Assembly (NCBI GenBank): GCA_002104945.1
Contig: MCFH01000018.1
Coordinates: 372,001-436,000, forward strand
DNA length: 64,000 bases
Reading direction: 5' to 3'
DNA from: Piromyces finnis finn
Taxonomy: Eukaryota; Fungi; Neocallimastigomycota
Position numbers and translations under genes: made by a program. Positions within the stretch are counted from its first letter, which is position 1. Each line of letters opens with the position of its first letter. This document shows positions 26,190 through 38,169 of the stretch, one piece after another. The notes beneath the pieces are model-generated. The model was not told where the DNA came from and did no database searches. It was given only the letters and a program-made list of their open reading frames with translations.

Positions 26190-27202
26190 TTCTTTTCTTT
26201 TCTTTTTTTTTCTTTTTTTTCTTTTTTATTATTTTATTGTTATGTTCTAATTGATATTATTTCATATGTAATAAAGTAATTTTGTACAATTTAAAAAATT
26301 TACTAAATAAGTAAATAAATAAAAAAATAAATAAAAAAACCAATTCTGTAAGTGAATTTTAAACTATTTATTAGTCTTTATTATTAGTTTTATTTCATTT
26401 TAAAATTTTATTTTTTTTAAAAAAAAAATTATATTAGCTTTTAAAATTTTAAAGTTAATTTGTAATAAATTAAATTTTTTTTTTTTAAAAAAATGAAATT
26501 GATGGAAAATCCATTAACAAATTTAAGATAGAATAAAAGAAAAATGACATAAGAATAATAATAAAATTGTAGTAATCAAATATATATATATATCAAATAT
26601 GTTTATAATTATAACTCTGTTAAAAATTAATGGTAAATTGAAAGTCGAACGCTATCAACTATTAAAGGTTATTATTATTTAATTTATTACTCTAAATATT
26701 ATTAATAAATAGTTTATAATTATATTAGTCGTTAATAATATGAATGATTTACTTTAATTTTGTGATCTAAAAAAAAGAAAAGGTATAATGAATATATGTT
26801 AAAAATTATATAATATTAGTAATATTAATACCAAAAAACCGAGTATTAAATGTTACATTAATAATGAAATAAAACTATAGTGGATTTATTAAGTAGAAAT
26901 ATTATAATATATAAAAAATAAAATTTGAAAATCTCAAATTATAATTATACAAGTTATAAAAACTTTTTTTGATACATCATAATATTTGAAACTATAGAAT
27001 TGAAGTATTAATTGCATAGTGTATTTATTTATTGAAATTCTTAATATTTAGAATGCTAAATACATTTCCATCTACATTACAATTTACATTAATGTTACAT
27101 TTTGATTAAATTAAAAATATATTACATATATTGTTATCAATATATTATAATATATTATTATATTACGTTGAATAAATTATTTTTAACTTATCATATTGAG
27201 TT

Positions 27203-27734
27203 GTCGTTCCAGTTTTTATCCTGGTTGTTAAGGCGTTTCCTTAGCATACATAAGGCTTCTGGTTCGACCCCGCAGATGTCAGTGCCTGTGGATTTTCCCA
27301 CTGGGTTTGCCATGGGTTGGGTTATGATATTCAGGTAAGTATAAATGAACTTTCTAATTTACTACTATGATAATAACACTCGTCTAGCCGGCCTGAGAGG
27401 GTCTAGTGTACATGGTACATTCCAAATTAGAACTTAATAAGTGGTGACTTAGGCTATGCCAAAAACACATAATATTCCTTAATCAATTTAAGTGTAAACA
27501 TTAGGGGGCGGTTGACACGTGATCAAATTGACTATAAGAGGCTTAGCATTGTAGTTGTGAAATATCGTACAACGACATGCATCTAATGTACATGGATTAA
27601 GTGAGCGTCGAAGCTGAAGAAACAGTATGACAGACCAGGAGGGTCACAACCACCTAGCAATAGGAATGAGCCAACGTTTCTCTAAGAACCACCATTGGAG
27701 CTAACTCTGATCGATGGGAGAAATGCACTCGGAA

Positions 27735-27783
<49 letters not shown>
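27203..27783 (+). mobile_element. tRNA-Ala(AGC)-derived SINE, full length, copy 1 (535-bp body plus A46 tail)
   Basis: A 14-bp target-site duplication TATCATATTGAGTT lies at 27189-27202 and 27784-27797. The tRNA-like head has anticodon loop TTAGCAT (27241-27247) and B-box GGTTCGACCCC (27261-27271). There is a poly(A) tail. GC is roughly 40% against far lower flanks. A second copy is at 61519. Confidence 0.95.
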
Positions 27784-27786
<3 letters not shown>

Positions 27787-28286
27787 CATATTGAGTTAGT
27801 AAAAATTTTAATTTTTTTAATCAAAAAAAAAAAAAAAAAAGGTTTAATAAAAATATTTAACTTTTAATGTGTTACAGGTAATAATGAATATCGAATATAT
27901 ATTTTTTTAAAAGTTAATTATAATGAAAATTAAAACATTTATATAATAATACTTATATAATACCTTTAATACTAAATATTTTTTATTAATTGTCTTATTA
28001 AAATTATTAAAATTTAAAAAATACATTTTTATAATTTTATTTTAAAAAATGATAATTACAAATTCGAAATCCAAATAAAAAAAATTTTTTTTTTAAAATC
28101 TTATTTCTTAATAACAACAACAATATATAAAATTAATAAACATTTCCAATTGTACATATTCTTGTAATACTTATAAGATATTAATCTTTAAATTTACTTT
28201 TCAATAACAAGTATTATTCAATTTCTTGTTCTCTCATTCTTTTTTTATTTTACATTTCAATTTCAAATAATTTATATATTTCAAAA

Positions 28287-28396
28287 ATGTTAAATTCAAA
28301 TCATGATACCTCAATTTTTTTCGAGGAATATATTGCAAGTAATAATCCACTTTTTTTTTTTCTTTTATTTTTATTTTAATAAGTAATAAGTAATAA

Positions 28397-28471
<75 letters not shown>

Positions 28472-29620
28472 TAAAATAAAATTCAGAAATTTCTTTAATC
28501 AATTATTGAAATTTAAAGTGATTTTTTTATTTTAAATTATTTTTTAAATTATTAAGGTATTGATAGCCTTCCTTCCGAAATTCATCAACATTGTAAAGAA
28601 TTAAGAGAAAAAGATGAACAATATCAAAGTAATAAATTTCTATTCATTTAGACGATTATTTACATTTCTATATTTTTAAATTTAAAATTTAAAAATTAAA
28701 AATTTTTAAAAATAATAAAATTAGAAATCAGAGAACAAATTTCGCATGAATATGCTTCCATATATAAAGTATATTTAAAATAGTAACAATATATATATAT
28801 ATAATATTAAAAAAAGAGATAGCTTAATAATTATATATTATATTTAATATATTGAAATATAGTTTGAAAAAGTTCATGGTGAGATATATTATTTTATAAG
28901 TTTTTTATTTGTTAATAAAACTATATTATTATTTCAAAATTTTATAATATAAATTTATATTTATTAATAAAATGATAATAAATGCTAATTAAAATAATAA
29001 AGGTTTTATGACAGAAAATCCTAACGAACCAACTGTTATTAGTAATGTTAGAAAGGAAATGAAGGAGACTCAAAACTTAGCGGATGAAAAAGTGGAGATT
29101 TCGGAAAAAACATTAAAATTAGTAAATATCAAATATATATGTATATATTATATCGAAACAATAATATATATGTGATATACTAAATTATAAAAAAATTTTC
29201 ATTTTTTCTTTTCTTTTTATTCCTTTAATGATAAATTGAAGATTGCATTACATATTAAGCGTTTGAATGAAACTTTATCAAAAATACAGAGTAATAATCC
29301 ATCTTCTCACTCTGAAACAAAAAATAATCTTTTTACACCTAAAACTGAAGATACTAAATCATCAGGTATATATAGTTTTTATTAACTTTAAATAATCAAT
29401 AATTATGAATTAGTAATTATTATTATATACCATTTTATTAATAACTTTAATATTATATGTTTTTATTATTAATGTAAAGATCATACTCAAAAATCTTCTA
29501 GAAATCATCAACATACTCATTCACACACGAATATAAACCTAAAAAGTAAATATACAATTTAATTTTATTTTGAAGATTTATTATATAATTTTTATTTTTT
29601 TTTTAAATTATTATAAAAAA

Positions 29621-29651
<31 letters not shown>

Positions 29652-30213
29652 ATTTATTTTATGAAAAAATTTTATTGATAAGATAATAAAAGTAACTCAG
29701 TGGTAAAAAGTTCAGTTTCAAGAAAAAGAAGAAAATTAGAAAATACGGATGCAGTTAATTCATTATCAGTAAATGAAGTTAACCATAAAGATGTTAATCC
29801 TAATGGTGAACCATTATACTGTATTTGCAGACAGGTATATTTATGGAAATTGAAATATTACTAAATATATTTATAAATAATTTTCATTAATTATTAATCA
29901 ACAAATGATAAAAATTTTACAATTTAATATAGATTTCATATGGTAATATGATTGCATGTGATAATCAAAAGGTAAAATTCGATACTATATTTTTATTAGA
30001 TTTATATATAAATTTTTTTAAGCTGGCAATTTAAATATTAATTAATTATTTATATATTTGATATATTAGAATTGTCCCCATGAATGGTTTCACTATGAAT
30101 GTGTTGGTTTAGTCGAACCACCTAAAGGTTCTTGGTATTGTCCTGATTGTAGAAAATCAATGTCCAAGAAGAAACAGACAGATTCTGATTCAGAAGTAGA
30201 ACAAATTGATTAG
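28287..30213 (+). CDS. ING-family chromatin reader (ING N-terminal domain plus C-terminal PHD finger; Yng2/Pho23-like); multi-exon
   Basis: Exon 1 [17 protein letters not shown]|, then [22 protein letters not shown] (ING domain). C-terminal exons [15 protein letters not shown]|[13 protein letters not shown]|[26 protein letters not shown] form a canonical ING PHD. Stop TAG at 30211-30213. Confidence 0.93.
28378..28468 (+). repeat. (AAT)n microsatellite preceded by (TAATAAG)x3, in intron 1 of the ING gene
   Basis: Directly visible perfect trinucleotide run of about 70 bp. Confidence 0.95.
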
Positions 30214-31195
30214 AAATAGCTTTTATTTTTTTTCTTCTATTTTTTTTTATTATTATTTTACTTTCAATAATCCCTTTTTAAAAAAGGGATATATCAATTA
30301 AAATATGCTATCTTTATTAATTCAGTATGTATAATACCCTTTGAGTTTTTTCAATTTTTCAAGTTTTTTTTTTTTTTTGTTTTTTTGTTTTTTTTGTTCT
30401 ATTCTATACATATAATATATAAAATAATTTTTATTATAATACTGTATTTTATTTTATATATAAAAACTGAGATTCGAAATTACCATTATCGAACAATCAA
30501 AAAAAAAAAGTTATAATTTAATTTTTTAATAATTTTTAATTCTTTTAAATTTATAACAAAACTATCATAATCAACATGAAATAAAAAATATCAATATTAT
30601 ATTAAAATAATAAATATTATTCCTCTCTCTCTTTTTTTTCTTTTTCTATTTAGTTTCGTTTAATTTTTTAATTAAAAAGTTTATATTTAATAAAATCTTT
30701 TAATATCAAAAGTTGGTATTAAAAAAATCTTTTTTTTATTGGATATTTTATAAATAAATTATTTATATATAAATTTTGAGATGTTGGCCCGACATGGTTT
30801 AATAATTAAATTTTATTAAAGTAAAAAAAAAAAAAGAATTCATTTAAAGTTAAAAAAAATATTGAGACTACATTTAAAATATTTTTTATATATAATCTTT
30901 TTTTTTTTTTTTTAAAAATAATAATAGTAATATTTTAATTTTAAAAAACTATTATATATTCTAAATTAAAATACCATAGCAATGTTTTTTGAAATAATAC
31001 CATTTTATTAAAATATTACTATTATCATTGTTTTATAAATGAAGGTTCTTTTTTTTTAATTTGTAATTTTGAAATTTAATTGATTAAAATTGAGAATAAC
31101 ACATCATACTATTTAATGAAAGATTATCGTAGTATAAATACAGTAATATTTATAAAATAAGTTTGGCTTTTAATTATTAAAATATAAATAATAAT

Positions 31196-34100
31196 ATGTT
31201 CACCAAGGCAAATAGGTTTGGAGATAAAAGTAAGTTTTTATTTTATTTTTTTTTTTTATTAATTTAAAGTATAATCCAGAAATTTATAATATTATAATAT
31301 CTTCTTATATATACAATAATATTGAATATGATGATAACTAAAAAATATTTAGGTTCAACTTCTGATGCACCTGGACCAGGTCAATATGATATAAAAGAAA
31401 CGGTTCCACAAATGGATGAAATGAAGAAATTTGGATTTTTAAATAAATCTAAAAGGTTTATTTCTCCAAAATCAGGTTAGTAATTTATTTTTTTTGTTGT
31501 CAAGTGAATTTAATAATTAAAAAAATTAAATAAAATAAAATAAAGAAAAAGAAATGCTGTTAATCCTATATATATATCTTTAAATTTTTATTTGTGATAT
31601 AATTTATATTTATGAAATCCTTTGTATATAATTGTTTTATCATTGAATTCGGAATATGATAAATATAATTAAAATAGAAACTTCTGGTTTAAATTTTCTG
31701 GGACCAAATACTTTAAATAGTCGTATTAAAAAACTTCCAGTGAAAAAGGTTGGAACTAAAGATAATTATTTAGTTGTAAAAATTAATCAGCTTACTATGG
31801 AAAATAATTATCTTCAGGAGCAGTGTAATGAAAAAGAGAATTCTATTAATCAATTAAAAAATCAACTCAATTCACTATTACTTGATAACAATAAAAATGC
31901 AAAAGGCAAAAAGGATATTATAGAATTAAATCTTGAAGTTGATAATTTAAAAAAGAAGAATCAGAAACTTAAAAATGATTCGGAAAGTTGGAAGGAAATG
32001 TGGAAAGCAAGAGAACTTGAAAAAAAGGAAATGGAACATCAATTAAACATTGAAGTTAATAATTCAAAAATAAAAATCAATTCATATGAAAAGCAAATTT
32101 TTAAATTTAAGGAACAATTAAAATCTGCAAATCATAGAAATCAAGAAAATGAAAATTTAATAGCTGAATTAAAATTGGAAAATGAAAATTTAAAAAAACA
32201 AAAAACTAGTAATGAATTAAAAGTTCATGATGAAAATATAAAATTAAGAAAGAATTTACAAACAGTTAGTGAACAAAAAGAAAGACTGTTAGAAAAAATA
32301 GAAAGAATAGAAAAACAACATGAATCAAATATCTCTGAAATGAAAAAGTATATTGATATTCTTCAAGAAGATAATGAAAAGGTATTAATGGAAAAAAGTC
32401 AAATAATGCTTTCAAATGAAAATCTTTGTCGTGAAAAGTCATCTATGCAAAAGGATTATGATCAAATTAAGGTAGAGAATCAATTATATTTAAATAAAAG
32501 AGAAAAAACATTAAAGGAAAAACAAGTTCTTTTAGATGAAAAGAAGCAAAAGGATGAAGAAATTAGACAATTAGAAAAATCAGTAAAGGAAAAAGATGAT
32601 GAAATTACAGAAGTTAAAAAAATTTTAGAACAAATTAAAGAAGAATTAGAATATCAGGAAGAACTTAATAAGAAAATAACAGAGGAAAAGATACATTATA
32701 AGGAAATTGCGTCAACATTAAAGATAGAAAAACAAACTGTCACAGAAAAACATGAAAGTCAGGTAAATGTATTGAAAAAAGAAAATGAACAATTAGAACA
32801 ACAACATAAACAATTAGAAAATGAAATAAATAGTCAAAAAACATCATTATCTAAATTTAAAAATGATTTAGCTGAACAAGAAACAATTATTAATACAGTA
32901 AAGAAAATGTTAAAAGAAACTGAAGATCGACACAAAGCTGAAAAGGAACAATTTAACAAAGATCATGATGAATTACAAAATAATTATAATATTTTAAAGA
33001 ATAAGTATAAGTCCGTTGAATCTACCTCATCAAACCGTATATCAGAATTAACACAATTAGTTAATGAAAGTGAAGAAACCATTAAAGCATTGCAAAATGA
33101 ACTTGATAAGAAATCATCTAACTTAACTAATAAGGATAAAGAATTAAATGATATTAATAAGGAATTAGAGAATATTATTAAGGAAAAAGAAGAAAGTGGA
33201 AAGACATTTAATGATAAATTGAATGGTTTGTCAGTTAATTATAAAAATCTTGAAAACGAGTATAACAAATTAACCGAAGAATCAAAGAATACAACAAACC
33301 GTCTAAATGAATCAATAAAGAAGTTTGAAGATTTAAGTGAAAAATATGAAAAGGATCGCAAGCATTGGATAGATATTAAGAAAAAAGACATGGAAGAAAT
33401 TTATCGTTTAGAAAATGTATTAAATGAAAAATCAATGGAAATTCAAAAATTAAATGAAGATTATCAACAAGGATTAGAAGAAAATAATAAAAAATTAAAT
33501 GAATTGTTAGAAAACGAAAAACAAGAAAAAGGTAAAAAATTAGATGAAATTGATAAATTAAACAATACAGTTGAATCCTTAAAAAAGAACTATGAGGAAG
33601 AAAAGACCACCTTAGAAAAAAGCAAAGTTGAATTAGAAGATAAAATAAGTGAGTTAAAAAAAGAAATCATTGAAAAAGAAAATATAAATCGTTCATTACA
33701 AGAGGAAAATAATAATATTCAGGTATTATACAATGACACTACTAATACTCTTAAATCCGAAAGAGAAAAGTATAACCAATGGAGAGAGAATATAGAAAAG
33801 GAAAATGAATTAAGTAATTCTACCAAGGCAAAGAAGATTAATGAATTAAACAGTGAAATAGAAACTTTAAAACTTAATGGAAGTACAAACTTGAAAAAGA
33901 TTAGTGAAATTTTGAATGAAAAATCACAATTAAGCTCACAAATAGAATCCTTGAAATTAGAACATGAAGTTAAAGTTAGTAAATTAGAAAATTCTTTAAA
34001 ACAAAGTGAAAATAAAATTAAGGAATTAAATGATATGATAACTCTCAAAGAAGAACAAAATGATAAATTAAATATAAAGTTAAATATTAGTAATGAAAAT

Positions 34101-37100
34101 ATTAATAAACTAAATAAAGAATTAGATGATGAAAGACAACAAAAAGAATCTGTCAAATTAGCATTAAACGAATTAGAGCATGTTAAAGATTCCACTAATC
34201 AAGATCTCCAATTATCAATTGAAAATGAAAATAAATTAAAGAAAGCTTTAGAAGACAAAGAAATGAATTATAATAATATTAAAAAAGAGTTGGAAACAAG
34301 TAAGACTAATGAAACTTTATTACAATCCGAAATAAATAAAATTCAAAAAGAAAAAGAGCAGTTATCAAGTGAATTAGAAAAGCAAGTAATAGAAATTGGA
34401 AACAAGGATAAATTAAATGATAAATTAACTGAAGAATTAGAATCAATGAAAATGATAGCAAAAGATAAAGAGTTATTAAATTCAAGTCAATTAGAAGAGT
34501 GCCAAAAATTAAAGGAAGAAAAACAAGAAATAATGGATAATTATGAAAAGATTCAAAATGTGTTAAAGGATAGAATAGAAATATTTAACAAAGAAAAAAC
34601 TGATTTTGAAAACGAAATTAAGAGTCAAAATGAAAAAATCATTTCCTTAGAAACCAAGATTGTTAATAAAGAAAAGGATTATGATGTATTAAATAATACA
34701 AAGAATACAATTGAAAATGATTTACAAATTATCAAGGATGAATATAAAACTATAATCAATGAAAAGACAAAGGTTGATAATGAATTAAATGATCTTAAGA
34801 TCAAACTTGTATCAATAAATACAAAGACATCTCAATTGGAAATTCAACTTCATGAATCCAACTCTAAAGTAGAGTTGCTAAAGAAAGAAAAGGATGCTTT
34901 GAATAATAATCTTCAAGATTTAGTTATAGAACACGAATCCTTGAATACTCAAAAACTAGAATTAGAAAATAAGAATGTTGCTCTTCAAAAAGATTTAAAA
35001 TCTATAGAAAATACTAAATCTTTACTTGAAAAGAAAATTCAAGATCTTCAAGATGATCACGAATTATTAAGCAAGAAAAACACTGAGTTTGATATAAAAA
35101 TACAGTCCCTAGAACAAGATAAGAACGATCTTAAACAAGTCAAGTCAAATTTGGAAAAGAAAATCAACGAATTAACTGATGATTTAACTTCGCTTAAAAA
35201 CTCTAAAGTCGAAATTGAAGAAAAGTATAATGGTATTCAATTTAAATATGAAGAATTAACTAGCGTAAATTTAGGAATAGAAGGAAAATTAAAAGCATTA
35301 GAGAAAAATAATGAAATATTAGAAACAAATAAAACAGATATTGAGCAACAGATAGCCACCATTAATTCGGAAAAAGATGATATTTACAATAATTTGAAAA
35401 AACTCCAAAATAGTTATAATAATGTTAAAGAAGAAAAATCCAAGCTTGAACAAGAATTGAATTCTCTTCAAGAAACGCATAAAGTAATGCTTAATAATAA
35501 GATGGGTGTTGATAAGTTACTTCAAGAAACTCAAAAACAATTAGAAAATGTAAAAAATGAAAAGTTTATATTTGAAAAAGAATTAAAGTCAGCGAAGCAA
35601 TCTCAAGAGTTACTTAATGAAGATAAACAAAAAATAGAAGAAACTTTAAAATTACTTCAAACGGACCATGAGCAATTAATTAAAAATGAAACTAAATTAA
35701 AGAATAAATTAGAATCTCAGCAACAAGATAATGAAGATTTACAAAAGAGTGAATTTGAATTAGAAAGAAAGCTTCAAATTCTTCAACAAAATTATGAAAA
35801 TACCCAATTAGATAGAACACGTCAAGAAGAAAAGATTCAAGCTCTTAAAAATGATAATGAAACAATAAAAATAAAAGAATCTGAATTGAAACAAAAGCTT
35901 GAAGTACTTCAACAAAATTACGATACTTTACAGAAAGTTAATAGTAAATTAAAGGATTCTCTAAACAGTGTTCATCAAGAATGTGAGCTCATTCAAACCG
36001 GAAGAGATGAATTGAAGAAACAATATGATACCATAGAAAGTGAAAAAATGTCTATTCAAACAGATCTTTCAAAGTTAAACACCGAGTTTAAGTTACTCCA
36101 AGAAGAGAATGAATTATTAAGAAAAACTGGTCAAGGTTTAGAAGAAACTAATATGGAAATAAGTCAAAGAGGAAAAGAACTTGAACAATTAATTAGTGAT
36201 TCTACATTAAAGTGCCAAGAATTAGAGAATACACTTAATCGTTTAAAAGAAGAATACGATCAAAAACAAAAAGAATTTAACGATTTTAAGGAAAATAGTG
36301 AAGCTACCAAACAACAATTAAATCTTCTTATCCAAGCCAAGGAAAAGAGTCATGAAGAGGAAATTAAGGAGAGAGAAGATATGAAGAATGAATTCTCAAG
36401 TGTGATTAATCAATATGAAAAGGAAATTTCCTCTCTTCAAGAATTAGTTCTTGATTTAGAAAAGGTTAATACTGAAGCAGAAGAAAAGAATAAAGATTTA
36501 ACTAATGAAATAGAAGAACGCTCCAATGTCATTAATAATCTTAACCAAGAATTTGAACAATTTAAAGAAAATTGTAAAATTATATTAGAAAATATGGATA
36601 GTATTATTGCTATTCGTGATAAAGAAATTGAAAATCTTAAATTAAAGGCTAATTACTGGGAACGTACCGCAGAAGATAAGGAGAAAAGTTTAAAGCGTAC
36701 TATAAATGAGTTAGAGGATGATTTAAGTTCAGCTATAGCAGATAATGAAAAAGATAGAAGAAAGTATCAACGAACTTTAGAAACATATGAAAACTTTATG
36801 GATTTCAATGAAATGTATATTGAACAATTAGAAAATAACTACGTGGAAGAAATTCATCTCTATTACCAAATGCTCTATGAAGAAGAAGAGGTTTCACAAT
36901 ACACCTTAAGTACTGTAATCAATGTATTAAGTGATAGAATATATGATTTAGAGGAACAACTTTGGAATTCTGCAACTGAACAAGAATATATGGAAGCCTC
37001 TTTAAATTTGAATAAAGAATATTTATTATTTGCCATTTCTCAAACTGAGGAAGCTAAGGAGGATTCAGAAAAATGTAGAAAAACCTATCAATCTATTATT

Positions 37101-38169
37101 AACTGGTATGAACAATTCTATTCTACTGTAAAGCAACGTATTAATGAAAAACAAGATATTATTGATAATTTACAACGTGAATACAAGAGATTAGAAATTG
37201 AAAGCACAGAAACCCAAATCATTCAAGAAACAAATAAAAAGTTGATTAGTAATTATGAAAATAAACTTAAGAAACAAAAAGATTGGGAAAATGAAAAGAA
37301 GACAATGACAGATGAATTGAATAACTTGAGATTAAACATTATTAAATATGAAAATGAATATGAAGAAGATACCAAGAAAAAGAATGAAGAGTTAAACGAA
37401 GTGAACAAAAAGATTCAAGAAGAAATTGTTTTATTAGAAAAAGAATTAGAAGATACCAGTGAAACCAATGAAATGTATGTATATTTTATTTCAATAATAG
37501 AAGTGTTAAAATCTATTATATATGAATAGGCTTTTTTTTTTTTTTTTAATAAAAATATTTAAATTATAATATTTATATATATATATATATATTTTAATCT
37601 ATAGATTAAGCAAAAGAGTTATGGAATATGAATTAAAATACGAAGAATTAAAACAAGAATATCTTGAAGCTATAAAAACATTAGAAATTGCTCAAGAAAA
37701 AGGTTCAATTACAGAAGATGAATTTAAGCGAATTGCAGATATGCATGCTGAACTCTTTGGTCATAATAACAATAAACAAAAGATAAAATATATTGATCAA
37801 ATTAAACAAGAAAATCTTAAATTGAAAAGTGTAAGTTTTATAAATTATCTTTTTTTAAATAAATAAAAATATATAAATATTTTATCACAAAAGCTATATA
37901 TATACATACTAATTTTAAAATTATTATTATATTTTATAATTGAAAAATTTTATATAATTTAAATCATATATACGCAAATATAGAATAATGCTACATTGAC
38001 AGTACGTAATAAACAATTAACTCGTCAAGCATTAGCATTAGAAAAAGAATTAGATGCGTATAGAGCCATTCCAACTGGAATGAAAAAGGCTGGACATTAT
38101 ACAAGAATGATGGCTTCAGCATTTAGTGAAAAAGAAAATAGTCTTAGTTCTGATAATAATAATTATTAA
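31196..38169 (+). CDS. hmmr: HMMR/RHAMM-like giant coiled-coil protein (~2100 aa); 5 exons
   Basis: Exon 1 MFTKANRFGDK (31196). Exon 2 carries APGPGQYDIK...KFGFL...KRF, resembling the HMMR N-terminus (APSPGAYDVK). A ~5.8-kb coiled-coil exon runs 31678 to ~37474. Exon 4 LFGHNNNKQKIKYIDQIKQENLKLK matches the HMMR C-terminal motif [21 protein letters not shown]. The last exon ends at TAA 38167-38169. Confidence 0.8.

Noticed and set aside
27203-27280. Functional tRNA-Ala gene
   Set aside because: The anticodon loop and B-box are present, but the acceptor and anticodon stems do not pair, and the sequence is the head of a poly(A)/TSD element.
27102-27338. ORFs overlapping the SINEs (27102..27338 + and 61429..61629 -)
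   Set aside because: They start or end in unrelated flanking DNA that differs between the copies, so they are chance frames and the element is non-coding.
27200-27342. U1 snRNA on the minus strand (ATACTTACCTG)
   Set aside because: Only the first 11 nt match. There is no U1-70K loop, U1A loop or Sm site in that orientation.
27560-27737. Hammerhead ribozyme (CTGAAGA at ~27614 with GAAA nearby), i.e. a retrozyme or Penelope-type element
   Set aside because: I could not build stem II or stem III with a UH site around either GAAA in a type I, II or III topology.
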